From assembly GCA_964457775.1 (NCBI GenBank), contig CAYWEW010000001.1:17783-81782 (forward strand): a stretch of 64,000 nucleotides of DNA. Reading direction: 5' to 3'. The DNA is from an uncultured Candidatus Saccharibacteria bacterium (GTDB taxonomy: Bacteria; Patescibacteriota; Minisyncoccia; Phycocordibacterales; UBA5272). Each line of letters begins with the position of its first letter. The first letter of the stretch is position 1. Of this stretch, positions 10,627-21,298 are shown piece by piece. The translations under genes and the position numbers were made by a program. The notes beneath the pieces are model-generated. The model saw only the letters and a list, made by a program, of their open reading frames with translations. It was not told where the DNA came from and made no database searches.

Positions 10627-11187
10627 TTATTTCTTTTTCTTAGATACAGTCTTACCCTTATTTGACTTCTTCTCCGCCTTCTTCATTTTCTTATCAGCAA
10701 TTTTCTTCAATTGTTCATCTGACTGTGGCTTTGGCTTTTCTTCAATAGTAATAGTTCCTCCAGCTTTTTCAATCTTTGTTTTTGCTGTTTCTGAAACATT
10801 ACATCTTTCAAATGATAATGCTACAGTTAATTCACCATTTCCAAGAATTTTTACCTTTGGATTCTTTCCGAATGACAGAGCAATAAGTCCTTTTGCAATA
10901 AGAGATGTTGGATTAACAACCTCACCTTTTCCAAATACATTTAATGCTCCAACGTTTACCACAGCCTCAGGACCACGATAGAATACTGAAACTGAACGAT
11001 TCTTACCGTGTCCACGCAATTTTGGAAGCTTCTTGATAATGTCACGCATAGCAGGACGAACACGATGCCCTGCACGAGCTGTTTGTCCCTTTCCTCCATG
11101 ACCTGAAGTTTTTCCACGTGTACCACCACGTCCTACTAATTTACTTTTCTTATGCGCGTGTTCGCGTCTTATTTCGTGTATTTGCAT
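10627..11187 (-). CDS. rplO: 50S ribosomal protein L15 (Lys-rich C-terminal extension)
   Basis: VGRGGTRGKTSGHGGKGQTARAG, KILGNGEL, KIEKAGG. Confidence 0.96.
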   Translation of the reverse strand: MQIHEIRREHAHKKSKLVGRGGTRGKTSGHGGKGQTARAGHRVRPAMRDIIKKLPKLRGHGKNRSVSVFYRGPEAVVNVGALNVFGKGEVVNPTSLIAKGLIALSFGKNPKVKILGNGELTVALSFERCNVSETAKTKIEKAGGTITIEEKPKPQSDEQLKKIADKKMKKAEKKSNKGKTVSKKKK

Positions 11188-11193
11188 AGTCGT

Positions 11194-11943
11194 TTAATTA
11201 GTTGTTGGTAATGGTATTGCAATTGCTTCTCCTTCAACCTTTGTTGCTTGAACTGGAGCTTCACCATGAGCATAAGCAATTTGTTCAAGTGCCTTCATAG
11301 TTGCACGTGCATTGTTTAGTTTATTCTTTGTTCCAGAATAAAACTTTGCAGTAACGTCAGAAAGTCCAGCAAGTGATAATATTGTTCGGGCTGAAGAACC
11401 AGCAATGAGTCCACGACCACGGTTTGGCATTATCATTACAGATGATGACTTAAACTTCGCTTCAATATCATGTGATAATGACTTTTGCTTTGAAAGTTTA
11501 ATTGTAATCATGTTTCTCTTTGCAGCCTTGAGAGCCTTTTCAATAGCAACTTGAGTATCGAGTGCTTTTCCTGTACCTAATCCGATACGTCCATTTCTAT
11601 CTCCAGCAACAATTGCCACTGAAAGCGTAAAACGACGACCACCAGAAACCACACGAGTCACGCGACGAATACTGATAGTCTTACTATCGAATTCTGGCTT
11701 CTCACGAGGAGCACGCGGTGGGCGACCACCTTGTTTTCCACCTGGTTTACCTCCGCGCTGTCCCTGTCCTCCACGAGCTCCACGCGGTGCACCTCTGTCC
11801 ATACGATCTTGAGCAACTGCAACATTTCCTGTTGCAACTGTTGATGCAGGTGTTACTGGAGCAGTTACTTCAACTGCAGGAGCTGGAGTTTCTACTACTG
11901 TTTCTACTACTGTCTCTTCTGTTGTTTTAATTTCTTCTTTCAT
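11194..11943 (-). CDS. rpsE: 30S ribosomal protein S5 (long N-terminal extension)
   Basis: RRVTRVVSGGRRF, GRIGLGTGKA; start at ATG 11943. Confidence 0.96.
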   Translation of the reverse strand: MKEEIKTTEETVVETVVETPAPAVEVTAPVTPASTVATGNVAVAQDRMDRGAPRGARGGQGQRGGKPGGKQGGRPPRAPREKPEFDSKTISIRRVTRVVSGGRRFTLSVAIVAGDRNGRIGLGTGKALDTQVAIEKALKAAKRNMITIKLSKQKSLSHDIEAKFKSSSVMIMPNRGRGLIAGSSARTILSLAGLSDVTAKFYSGTKNKLNNARATMKALEQIAYAHGEAPVQATKVEGEAIAIPLPTTN

Positions 11944-11947
11944 ATAA

Positions 11948-12298
11948 TTAAAAATTAAGACCAGCTTCACGAGCACCTTCAGCTAGTGCTGCTACTCGAC
12001 CACGGTACGAGAACCCGCCACGGTCAAATACGACTGTGGTAATTTTGTTTTTCTTTGCTTCTTCAGCAAGTTTCATCCCCACTTTCTTTGCACGCTCAAC
12101 TTTTGTGATTTTGTCACTAAGGGAAATATCAGATGCTGAGGCTAGTGTTACTGCCTTCACGTCATCAATTAATTGCGCATACATATAGCGGTTTGAACGA
12201 AATACGCAAAGTCTAGGACATTCTGCTGTTCCTGATACACGAGAACGAATCTTCTTATGAAGACGTGCTCGCTTTTCTGTTTTAATATTTGTTTTCAT
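11948..12298 (-). CDS. rplR: 50S ribosomal protein L18
   Basis: PRLCVFRSNRYMYAQLIDD, VVFDRGGFSYRGRV. Confidence 0.98.
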   Translation of the reverse strand: MKTNIKTEKRARLHKKIRSRVSGTAECPRLCVFRSNRYMYAQLIDDVKAVTLASASDISLSDKITKVERAKKVGMKLAEEAKKNKITTVVFDRGGFSYRGRVAALAEGAREAGLNF

Positions 12299-12315
12299 AT
12301 ATTTATTTTGACAGA

Positions 12316-12849
12316 CTATGCTGATTTCTTACCTTGCTTACGACGTACAACTTCATCACTATAACGAATACCTTTACCCTTATATGGCTCAGGCTTCTTT
12401 AGTGAACGAATTTGATTTCCAAAGAGTCCGACTGCCTCCTTATCGATACTTGTAATAGTGAGAGCACCTTTTTCAGCAACAACATTAATTCCCTTTGGAA
12501 TTACTTTGATGATTTGGTGTGAGAAACCAAGGTTAAGATATAAATCTGTTCCTTTTACTTCCCATTTAAATCCTACACCTTCTACAAGAAGTCTTTTACT
12601 AAATGGAGTAACTACACCTGCCACCATATTTTTGATATGAGACATATATGTTCCCCAGAGTGACCTTGAGAATTTATCGTTACGACGAGGTTCAGCTGTG
12701 ATTACACCGTTTTCAATCTTGAAATCGATTTCATCACGAAGCTCGCGCACGAGTTCTCCTTGTGGCCCTTTGACACGTACAGCATGGGCATCAAATGTTA
12801 CTTCGACACCTGCTGGAATTTGTATTTGTTGTTTTCCTATTCTGCTCAT
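12316..12849 (-). CDS. rplF: 50S ribosomal protein L6
   Basis: MSRIGKQ start, PEPYKGKGIRY. Confidence 0.98.
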   Translation of the reverse strand: MSRIGKQQIQIPAGVEVTFDAHAVRVKGPQGELVRELRDEIDFKIENGVITAEPRRNDKFSRSLWGTYMSHIKNMVAGVVTPFSKRLLVEGVGFKWEVKGTDLYLNLGFSHQIIKVIPKGINVVAEKGALTITSIDKEAVGLFGNQIRSLKKPEPYKGKGIRYSDEVVRRKQGKKSA

Positions 12850-12856
12850 ACGTTTT

Positions 12857-13240
12857 TTACCAGATTGTGAATAATAGTTCGCCGCCGACCTGTTCTTTGC
12901 GGGCTTGTTTGTCACTTAAGATTCCTTTCGGAGTCGAAAGTACTGTCATACCATGTCCATACTTGAAAGGCTTGATATCCTTTACGCCAGTATAGATACG
13001 CTTTGACTGCTTTGATACACGCGCTACACCTTGTATACGCGGAGTATCTTTTTTATATGCTAATACTACTTCTACAGTTGGTTTTACACCTTCCGTAACA
13101 GTGTATGTCTTAACATATCCTTCTTGTTTGAGAAGCTCTAATATCGCATTCTTCAGCTTTGACGCAGGAAGAGTAACGGTTGTCTTTTTTACTAGACCAC
13201 CGTTTTTAATTGCGATGAGCATGTTTGCTATTTGATCCAT
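12857..13240 (-). CDS. rpsH: 30S ribosomal protein S8
   Basis: DQIANMLIAIKN, STPKGILSDKQARKEQVGGELL. Confidence 0.97.
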   Translation of the reverse strand: MDQIANMLIAIKNGGLVKKTTVTLPASKLKNAILELLKQEGYVKTYTVTEGVKPTVEVVLAYKKDTPRIQGVARVSKQSKRIYTGVKDIKPFKYGHGMTVLSTPKGILSDKQARKEQVGGELLFTIW

Positions 13241-13252
13241 ATAATAATTTTA

Positions 13253-13438
13253 TTACCAAGAAGCCTTCTTAATGCCTGGAATCATACCTTCGTTCGCAAG
13301 CTCACGAAAACATGTTCGGCATAGACCAAAATCTCGCATGAATCCGCGCTTTCGACCACATTTAAAGCAACGGTTTACTATTCTTGACGAGAACTTTGGC
13401 TTCTTATTGCTACGAGCAATAGTTGATGTTTTTGCCAT
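13253..13438 (-). CDS. rpsN: 30S ribosomal protein S14, Zn-binding type
   Basis: 61 aa, CFKC...[12 protein letters not shown]. Confidence 0.97.
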   Translation of the reverse strand: MAKTSTIARSNKKPKFSSRIVNRCFKCGRKRGFMRDFGLCRTCFRELANEGMIPGIKKASW

Positions 13439-13613
13439 TGTTGTTGTTTTTTAATTAAACCATCTGAATATCACGCGTTTGTTCGTAAATATTGATTAAA
13501 TATATACGTATTTACCCAAAACTTACGGAGATACACGGATTACAGACAGCTTCGTAATACTACCACAAAAGTCTATTTTAAGCTAGTAATTGTTAGTCAT
13601 AATTATAAAAAAC

Positions 13614-13640
13614 AAAAGCGACATCTTCGATGTCGCTTTT
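13614..13640. terminator. Bidirectional intrinsic terminator (AAAAGCGACATC family)
   Basis: Inverted repeat AAAAGCGACATC-TTC-GATGTCGCTTTT. Confidence 0.75.
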
Positions 13641-13683
13641 TGTTGTATTAGCTAAAACCTAATTGCTAATAACTAAAGACTGT

Positions 13684-16600
13684 CTACTGACATGTCTCAT
13701 CTCTCATCGCCTGTCTTGTAACTTCATAAACCATTCCGGTTGGAGCAAGACCTATAGTTGCTTGGTAACCTTTTACAGCTTCTATAGTTTTATCACCATA
13801 AAATCCTGAGACTTCATTTAATAGTCCTTTAGATTGTAGGAATTTTTGTAATGTAGTTACTGCTGATGATTCTGCTCCTCGGTGAAGGTTGCGTGATATG
13901 TAAATGCATGCTGTACTTGCACCTAATACTTTAGCATTACCATTACTTGAGCTACTAAGTGTAACGACTTTTACCAAAACCTGTGTGGATGTTGAACCAT
14001 TTACACCCCCACATTTCATCCCATAATAAATACTATTTGTTACTGGCTTAATTGTTAAAGTGCCACTTGTGGCCCTTGTAACTGGACCATATTGCCCTGC
14101 GTGACTAAAATCACAATAATCAACATTAGTTGACGACCATCTCAAGGTTGTTGATCCATTAAGTGGCACCTGTGTTGGGTTTACTGTCATAGTAATTGTT
14201 GGTATTTTTAATACTGCAGGAGCAACCACTGTTGGGGTTGGAGTCAATGTATAAGTTTTTATAGTACCAGTTCCTCTTAGGCACATATCTGCATTTTTTG
14301 GTCCACTTGCGTCACAATAACTAATACATGCACTATCTGTATCCGCTACTGATGTTGCTGGGTTTGGTGATGCAATCATATTTGTGGCAGTATTTGTTCC
14401 CCCTCTAAAAAGACCACAAGTTAGTCTTGCCGTCGTATTAGTGACAACTGGTGTTGGTGTTGTAACTACAGAACCATTAACTATAAACGAATTTATTGGG
14501 AAATTGTAGATTAAAGCACCATGATGTTGTATATTGCCACCGATAAAATCATTCCATTTAAACGATGCAGGTAAGGCAAGGGAAGAAATTAATTTTGGTG
14601 TAAGACCTGTCTGTATTGTACCTGATACAGTTGCAAATACAGAAAATGTAATTGATGTACCTGCCGGTATCTCAAACGGAGAACTAGACGTTATCAAAAT
14701 ATATGACTCTAAAACCGTTGCAGATAAACCTGCTATAGTTGTATTACCATTTGCAACTCGTGGTGAAGAAATTTTAAAGCCATTTATACCAATTGAGGAA
14801 ACATTAAGAATAGTTGATGTAAAACCTATTTTTCCATTTACATCAGCACTCACTGTGAATTCACCAATCTTATTTTCAGAACCAAGCACTAGTGAGCCCC
14901 CACCATTACTTAAAGTAACTGTTGGTTTTGAAGCAACAAGTGTCATAATATTTGAGGATACTGGTGTGTTATTTATTATTACTGAACCATTAGCATTAGT
15001 TACTTCAATGTAATTAAGTGTTAATTTAACATTAGATACGCCAGAAGTTAAACTTCCTCCTGATGTTGAATTCTGAAAACCACTAAACTTAACTGTAACA
15101 GGCACATCGACTCCTGTTGAAGAAACAGGTAAGCTTAGTCCTGTAGCTGTTACGTTACCATTCACAACTGGAGCCGTTACTCCTCCAACAGTAACACTAG
15201 TTACAGCATCATTGCCTGTAGTTGAGAATCTTAGTTCACGAACAGTTGCAGACGTGTTAAATTCGGAAGTTCTAAGTTTAAATGTTGCAATACCGAATGT
15301 TGAACCGCCAACTACGAATTGTGATACAGGCGATGATGACACTAGTGTTGGATTAGCAATAGAAACAGAAGAAGTGTTCATGGCTGAAACTGCTGCTGTA
15401 GCCTGACTTGAATTAGTTATTGTTGTTGGGGTTTGATTTGGGCTTGGAGATGTCGCCATAGTTGGTGCTGGAGCTGAAGCGGGTGGTATATTTGAGTAAA
15501 TTTCCTCCATTTCCCATGTACATCTAATTGATTTTGTAGGATTATTATAACTATTAGTTACACAGTTAGTATATGCGTATTCTTTTGAAACATTTTCCGT
15601 AGAAATAAATGGCGCTGCACTACCTCCCAAATAACCTTTGTATGAACCCAGTTGAGTGGTAGGTATTGTTGTTATTTCTTGTTGAACATTCAAACCATAA
15701 TTGTTACTATTCCCTGTTCGAGAATTAGTAATATTTATAGTATGAAAACCAGATGAAAGATTTCTTGTTAATGCAAAGTCGCTTTTCTTAATAGAAATAA
15801 TACTATCTGTAGGATTAAATTTACTAACCATAGAATTACCCATGCCGTCTATTTGCAAATAATTACCATCTAAGTTTAATCTAGCTCCAGAAATTGTTAT
15901 ATATCCACTTACATCAGTTGCTTTAGATATATATGGCGAAGTTTCACCGATGATAATTACACTATTACTCTTCGCGTAGTTTACATATGAAGAAACATCA
16001 ACGACTTTTTGTGTGTTGGTGTTAATATCAACATAAGAAAGGTTCGAAGGCCTAAAACTATAAGCGCCAGCAAATAATTCTTTGGTTGGAATTGTATTTC
16101 TAATATAAATTGTAGCTGTATCATTTGCCTTGATTATTAGATTAGTGTCATTGGAATAATTATAGTCAGAAATAAAGCTGGACACAGAGCCTCTGTATTT
16201 TACGCCATTAGAATTAATACGCACATTTTCATTATTAACAAATCCTCCTAAATTTGTTGCAACGCCATACACACCATACACATCTATATCTGAATTTCCA
16301 GCAGTGATTTTTACCTTTGCAACACCAACTAATTCTGTCTCTTTATTATTTAAGTCATAAGAAAGTTTAATTGATGGTGCTCCAACAAACTCAATAACGG
16401 GGTATATCGTATTTGAAGAACTTAGTGCGCTTTCGGTTGTAAATGATAGAAACTCTCCCTTAACATTTCCTTTTGAGCCACTTGCAACTATTCTATAGTA
16501 ATATGTTGTATTGGGAGCCAGTTTGTAAATATTTGTTGAGCAACTTACAACTGTGTTTCCATCGTAGATATATGAACATGGCGTTGCGTTCAATTGTCCG

Positions 16601-17253
16601 TACATTGATGTCCCCCATTCAAACCAAGCTTTGGGTTTTAAAGTTCCATTATTAGGTTCAACATATCCAGCGATAAGAGCACTGTTATTTGTATAGTTAG
16701 CTCCAGTTGTTTTAACAGACACAAAAGAAAGGGTCTCTGATGTATTAGTGCGACACGGTTCATAAGAAACAGCACCATTACAATTATATATAGTTTCAAC
16801 AGGATTGTTTACATTAGGAGTTTTTGTTGACGGAACATCAACTGAAACAGTTTTAGTGTTTACTGAAGAAGCACTTCTACAGCTTATCTCCCTTATCTTC
16901 GCTCGTGTCACAGGACCAACATAACCAGAAGTTATGAACCCGTTCTTTTTTTGAAAATATTTAACTGCTTTAAGAGTAGAAGGACCGAACACGCCATTAG
17001 GTTCTGCTGTAAGAAACCCTTGGTCTTGAAGGAAATATTGTAAATCAGATACTTCTCCGTTAGTATTAGAATCTTTTGATTTCTTATAAGTTAAGTTATA
17101 AGATAAATCTGTACATCCCTCACTTGCTTGGTCTGGGGCTTCATCACCAACAATACTTGTTGTAACAGGAACCGCTATTGATGTTGCTGAAACAATTGAT
17201 AAAGAAAAACAAATTCCACTGATAATAGCACCTACTGTTAAATATTTTTTCAT
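13684..17253 (-). CDS. Large secreted surface protein with N- and C-terminal peptidoglycan-binding domains and FN3/Ig-like modules
   Basis: Signal peptide; EVSDLQYFL...GVFGPSTLKAVKYFQ...GYVGPVTR and VTTLQKFL...GFYGDKTIEAVKGYQ PG_binding_1-like repeats; LAPNTTYYYRIVA. Confidence 0.85.
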   Translation of the reverse strand: MKKYLTVGAIISGICFSLSIVSATSIAVPVTTSIVGDEAPDQASEGCTDLSYNLTYKKSKDSNTNGEVSDLQYFLQDQGFLTAEPNGVFGPSTLKAVKYFQKKNGFITSGYVGPVTRAKIREISCRSASSVNTKTVSVDVPSTKTPNVNNPVETIYNCNGAVSYEPCRTNTSETLSFVSVKTTGANYTNNSALIAGYVEPNNGTLKPKAWFEWGTSMYGQLNATPCSYIYDGNTVVSCSTNIYKLAPNTTYYYRIVASGSKGNVKGEFLSFTTESALSSSNTIYPVIEFVGAPSIKLSYDLNNKETELVGVAKVKITAGNSDIDVYGVYGVATNLGGFVNNENVRINSNGVKYRGSVSSFISDYNYSNDTNLIIKANDTATIYIRNTIPTKELFAGAYSFRPSNLSYVDINTNTQKVVDVSSYVNYAKSNSVIIIGETSPYISKATDVSGYITISGARLNLDGNYLQIDGMGNSMVSKFNPTDSIISIKKSDFALTRNLSSGFHTINITNSRTGNSNNYGLNVQQEITTIPTTQLGSYKGYLGGSAAPFISTENVSKEYAYTNCVTNSYNNPTKSIRCTWEMEEIYSNIPPASAPAPTMATSPSPNQTPTTITNSSQATAAVSAMNTSSVSIANPTLVSSSPVSQFVVGGSTFGIATFKLRTSEFNTSATVRELRFSTTGNDAVTSVTVGGVTAPVVNGNVTATGLSLPVSSTGVDVPVTVKFSGFQNSTSGGSLTSGVSNVKLTLNYIEVTNANGSVIINNTPVSSNIMTLVASKPTVTLSNGGGSLVLGSENKIGEFTVSADVNGKIGFTSTILNVSSIGINGFKISSPRVANGNTTIAGLSATVLESYILITSSSPFEIPAGTSITFSVFATVSGTIQTGLTPKLISSLALPASFKWNDFIGGNIQHHGALIYNFPINSFIVNGSVVTTPTPVVTNTTARLTCGLFRGGTNTATNMIASPNPATSVADTDSACISYCDASGPKNADMCLRGTGTIKTYTLTPTPTVVAPAVLKIPTITMTVNPTQVPLNGSTTLRWSSTNVDYCDFSHAGQYGPVTRATSGTLTIKPVTNSIYYGMKCGGVNGSTSTQVLVKVVTLSSSSNGNAKVLGASTACIYISRNLHRGAESSAVTTLQKFLQSKGLLNEVSGFYGDKTIEAVKGYQATIGLAPTGMVYEVTRQAMRDETCQ

Positions 17254-17308
17254 ATACTTATTAGTGTAACCTATATATACTCATAAGTCCTTGTTGGAGT
17301 GTTAATAG

Positions 17309-17338
17309 CAAAAGCGACATCTTAAGATGTCGCTTTTG
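17309..17338. terminator. Bidirectional intrinsic terminator
   Basis: Palindrome CAAAAGCGACATCTTAAGATGTCGCTTTTG, identical to 58439-58468. Confidence 0.75.
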
Positions 17339-17406
17339 TATTTACTTTCAACTTTTGAATTAATAAATTCGCGACTTGGTTGCAAATTAATTAAATGTTC
17401 TATAAT

Positions 17407-18804
17407 CTACCAAGAGAATGGCGCTGGGTTAGAAACTACCGTTGCCTTTGATGTTCCAATCACTTCCCCTCTTAAATTACTTACAATTACTTCGAAGACA
17501 ACTTCTTGTCTGTACCATGTAGGGTTAGTTATCATTGCTGGAATTTCATTTTGGAATGATGTTGGTGCAAGCGGAATAACAAAGTCTTGGCCACATCCAA
17601 CTCCTGCAATACTTACCGATACAGATGATGGGCAAATTGCATGAATCTTGATTGAATAATTTCCAAACAATGTATTATTCCATGAAGTTCCAGTTGGAAT
17701 ATTCAAATATAATTTGAATTTCTCTCCTGAATCAACTGGTGTCTTACTTGCTCCTAATGTTACATTTGCATAACCATAATATGGGCGACGAATAGTTATA
17801 GGTGCAACTGCGGCACGGAAGTTGGATACATTCCCTGCGATATCAGTCATTGGTGTAGCTATAACAATCTTAAATGATCCCTGTTGATTATTATCACAAG
17901 CTCCAGCACACACTGCATCTAATATTTCTTTTGTAAGTACGAATGAGAAACTATTACCTGATGTAACTGCTACTTGCTTACTTTGTCCTGTGCTTCCATT
18001 TTCAACTAGGATTTGAAGTTGTGCAATATTAAGATTACTTGTTGTCCATGATAAATAGACAGTATCCCCTTCGTTGTATAATGCGTTTGAAGTTGGACTT
18101 GTAATAGTAAGTGTTCCTGGTTGTGGAACAACACCATAAGCATAACCAGTTGATGGATTATATGTTAATCCAGTGCTTTGAATTTGATTTTGTGTTGTTG
18201 CAGGAATAAGTACATTTGTAGGAATAGAAGTATTTATTGCCTGATATTCATTTGAAGAATAGTTTGAAGTGTAAGCTGAAGAATAATAAGGAGTATTATT
18301 ATTTAAGATGTTTGAAAGAGAAATATTATTTTCTTGAGGAGTTGCATAAATAACAGGAGTTGTAACTTGTGGAGAAATAACAACTGCGTATGGGTCATAT
18401 TGATCAACATAAGTGATACCAGAACTATATCCATAATAACTGTACTCGTTATATGAATACATGTCGCCACGAACATCAGAATCACAAAGTCTCTCATTTA
18501 CAGCGTTACGAGTTGATTCTCCAACTTGACCAGTCATTGAGATATTATTATCTCTTTGGAATTTCATCACTGCCTGCTTTGTTCCCTGTCCAAAATAGCC
18601 ATTTGGGGTTGCATATAAATATCCAGCCTTTGAAAGCATATTTTGAAGCACATAAACATCGTTATTTTCTGACCCAACTTGTAAAGTTCTATTGATTTGA
18701 GTTGTACAAGTGTTTACCGGTGTATTGTTAAAATACCCAGCAAATACTGCCGTTTGACCACCAAAAACCCCCAGAAAACCCAATAATATAATAATCTTTT
18801 TCAT
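17407..18804 (-). CDS. Secreted peptidoglycan-binding domain protein
   Basis: Signal peptide; LQVGSENNDVYVLQNML...GYFGQGTKQAVMKFQ. Confidence 0.85.
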   Translation of the reverse strand: MKKIIILLGFLGVFGGQTAVFAGYFNNTPVNTCTTQINRTLQVGSENNDVYVLQNMLSKAGYLYATPNGYFGQGTKQAVMKFQRDNNISMTGQVGESTRNAVNERLCDSDVRGDMYSYNEYSYYGYSSGITYVDQYDPYAVVISPQVTTPVIYATPQENNISLSNILNNNTPYYSSAYTSNYSSNEYQAINTSIPTNVLIPATTQNQIQSTGLTYNPSTGYAYGVVPQPGTLTITSPTSNALYNEGDTVYLSWTTSNLNIAQLQILVENGSTGQSKQVAVTSGNSFSFVLTKEILDAVCAGACDNNQQGSFKIVIATPMTDIAGNVSNFRAAVAPITIRRPYYGYANVTLGASKTPVDSGEKFKLYLNIPTGTSWNNTLFGNYSIKIHAICPSSVSVSIAGVGCGQDFVIPLAPTSFQNEIPAMITNPTWYRQEVVFEVIVSNLRGEVIGTSKATVVSNPAPFSW

Positions 18805-18950
18805 AATACCTTCACCCTACACTATTTTTAATAAAATGTCAAGGGTTATTTCGCATAAAAGATTACTGCAAATGGTACAAAAATAGTTCATTTTTGTTAT
18901 GTATTTTGCTAAAACTACGGACTAATGGCAGAAGGCTGTATAATATTCCT

Positions 18951-19871
18951 ATGCCTGAATTACCTGAAGTACATACAACCACGACCGGACTACAGGGAGT
19001 CTTGCCTCGCCTTGTGATAAAAGATATATGGACTGATATGTGGAGTGCCTCAAATCTAGCCAAAAATACTATAAAAGATAAGAAATATTTTCCATATTTT
19101 CAGAAACATGTTCTTAATCAAAAAGTAAAAAATGTAGAACGTAGAGCGAAATATATACTGATAAATTTAGAAAATGATTTTACAGTTATTGTTCACATGA
19201 AAATGACTGGTCATTTGATGTATGGCAAATATGTTATAAATAAAAAAAGTAACGGCAAAGAGTGGTCATGGTTACCAGTTTCCAAAAATACACCTTTGCT
19301 TGATAAATACAATCGTCATATTCATATCGTTTTTACCCTTTCTAACGGTAATCATTTAGTTTATTGTGATTCAAGAAAATTCGGCGGGATGATGGTAATG
19401 AAAACATCTTTAATTCATACCGAAAAATTATCTCACATTGGACCCGAACCTCTCGAAACGTCATTTACGTTAAAATCATTCGAAGAACGCATTATGAAAT
19501 CCCCTACTCGCCCAATCAAAACAGTTCTGATGGACCAAACTATTATTGCCGGCATCGGAAATATTTATTCAGATGAGATGTTACATATGTCACACATTCT
19601 TCCAACAAGAACAGCGAAGAGTTTGGATAAAAAGGAAATAAGTCTACTTTTCAAATCTATGAAGGACGTCTTAGCTAAAGGAATTGATTTTGGTGGAGAC
19701 AGTATGAGTGATTATAGAAATATAAAAGGTGAACGTGGAGAATTCCAAAACAAACATCTTGTATATCTTCGTCACAAGCTTCCTTGTAAGACAAAAAAAT
19801 GTGCTGGGGTTATAAAAAAAGAAAAAATTGGAGGAAGGAGTGGGCATTATTGCCCTGTTTGCCAGAAATAA
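18951..19871 (+). CDS. mutM: Formamidopyrimidine-DNA glycosylase
   Basis: MPELPEV N-terminus at ATG 18951, GIGNIYSDE, C-terminal Zn finger; -10 TATAAT lies 6 nt before the ATG (leaderless). Confidence 0.95.
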   Translation: MPELPEVHTTTTGLQGVLPRLVIKDIWTDMWSASNLAKNTIKDKKYFPYFQKHVLNQKVKNVERRAKYILINLENDFTVIVHMKMTGHLMYGKYVINKKSNGKEWSWLPVSKNTPLLDKYNRHIHIVFTLSNGNHLVYCDSRKFGGMMVMKTSLIHTEKLSHIGPEPLETSFTLKSFEERIMKSPTRPIKTVLMDQTIIAGIGNIYSDEMLHMSHILPTRTAKSLDKKEISLLFKSMKDVLAKGIDFGGDSMSDYRNIKGERGEFQNKHLVYLRHKLPCKTKKCAGVIKKEKIGGRSGHYCPVCQK

Positions 19872-20237
19872 AAAACAGCGCAATCTTTTGCGCTGTTTTG
19901 GAATACGTTTTGTTTTTCTTGGTGGCTCTGGACCATGCTCATTGAGCAGTGAGTAGAGGAATTTTACATACTCCTCATCTCGCTTCCACCACAAACAAAC
20001 TTTCCAAAGATTCTCCAATGCTTCAATTCTTTCTAATACAAGTTTTCTTGCATATAAACTGTCCCCAATATAAAAATCTGGATTATTTTTTCTCCAAGTG
20101 GTCAAAGCTATGTCTGTTTTGTAGTCCCACTTAAAAGCTTTTTCTTCTCTACTTAAATACCCTGATTGATACAAAATAAAAGAAAGTGACATTAGTCCAA
20201 CTATGTTTGCACAAAGTGTCCCAGTTTCCATTTTCAC
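19671..20237 (-). CDS. Hypothetical orphan protein (3' end overlaps mutM antisense)
   Basis: SD TAGGAG upstream; the frame reads through the terminator at ~19871-19900. Confidence 0.45.
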   Translation of the reverse strand: MKMETGTLCANIVGLMSLSFILYQSGYLSREEKAFKWDYKTDIALTTWRKNNPDFYIGDSLYARKLVLERIEALENLWKVCLWWKRDEEYVKFLYSLLNEHGPEPPRKTKRIPKQRKRLRCFLFLANRAIMPTPSSNFFFFYNPSTFFCLTRKLVTKIYKMFVLEFSTFTFYISIITHTVSTKINSFS

Positions 20238-20339
20238 ACTCCTAAAAATGAACTACAACAATACTAAATTAAAAAATACATAAGCGCAACTATCTATCAA
20301 CTGGTAGCTAATCATTAGTCCTTGTATACTATAAACAAT

Positions 20340-20507
20340 ATGATGACCTTCATAAAAATCTTTGCAATCTTTTGGGTGATTTGGATTCTTTGGTATATAA
20401 CAGGAGGACCACTTCGGGATGATAAGACTAAACCATTTATTGGATTTAATAAGTCGGGACAGTTGGAGACTTTTGGGACGAGTACGGTAGATGGATTGAA
20501 GAAGTAA
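20340..20507 (+). CDS. Small single-TM protein
   Basis: MMTFIKIFAIFWVIWILWYITGGPLR...; start approximate. Confidence 0.6.
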   Translation: MMTFIKIFAIFWVIWILWYITGGPLRDDKTKPFIGFNKSGQLETFGTSTVDGLKK

Positions 20508-20515
20508 GACTGAAC

Positions 20516-21256
20516 TTAAACTAATTTAATGATACTTATTAACAAATAAATACTTAAAATTACCATAGCTAGAATAGTAATTTTATCAGTTAATGATTTA
20601 GACAGCTTTAGCATACCTCTTCTAATTATAATATTAGACACAAATAAAAATGGGATAGCGTACAAAACTCCAACAAGATCACTTGGTTGAATAATTTTAG
20701 CTTCCAACATTACTGATATCTTAACTAAAAAAATGACTGGTAATAAAAAACTTATCGTTCCAAACATCTGTGATAAAGTAAATCCTTTTGAAGCAAAGTA
20801 TGAATTCAAAAATCCCCCACCAGGCAAAGCTGCTCCGGTAACAGACCCAGCAAATATGCCAATAAATTGCTCTTTCCAAAATGAATCTTTAACTACTGTA
20901 GTTTTGTCAATTATTTTTATTTTTTTATAAACATAATAAACAGAGAACACAAACATCAAAACTAGAAGTATTATTGGTTTCATGTTTACCAGAAACAATG
21001 AACCTATAAATGCCCCAACAACACACGGAATCAAAAGATTTTTTGCATCTCTCCAGACAACATCTTTTCTAAACACATACAAAGAAATAATAGCGTTAAC
21101 GAAAAAGAAAGAGCTTGTAAGTCCGGTTGCTTTTATTATATTAATGTCAGTAAAAATATTTAAAGCATTGGTAGTTAGCATACTTCCACCAGCAGTAACA
21201 ACTGGTGCTAAAAAAGAATATGCTATAAAAATTAGTGCTTCGTATATGTGGTTCAT
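20516..21256 (-). CDS. TauE/SafE (TSUP) family exporter
   Basis: 246 aa, multi-TM, duplicated GG motifs (VTAGGSML, ALPGGGFL). Confidence 0.7.
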   Translation of the reverse strand: MNHIYEALIFIAYSFLAPVVTAGGSMLTTNALNIFTDINIIKATGLTSSFFFVNAIISLYVFRKDVVWRDAKNLLIPCVVGAFIGSLFLVNMKPIILLVLMFVFSVYYVYKKIKIIDKTTVVKDSFWKEQFIGIFAGSVTGAALPGGGFLNSYFASKGFTLSQMFGTISFLLPVIFLVKISVMLEAKIIQPSDLVGVLYAIPFLFVSNIIIRRGMLKLSKSLTDKITILAMVILSIYLLISIIKLV

Positions 21257-21298
21257 AAATTTGTTTGTTGTGCGTTTTTATTCCTTATACGTTTAGAA

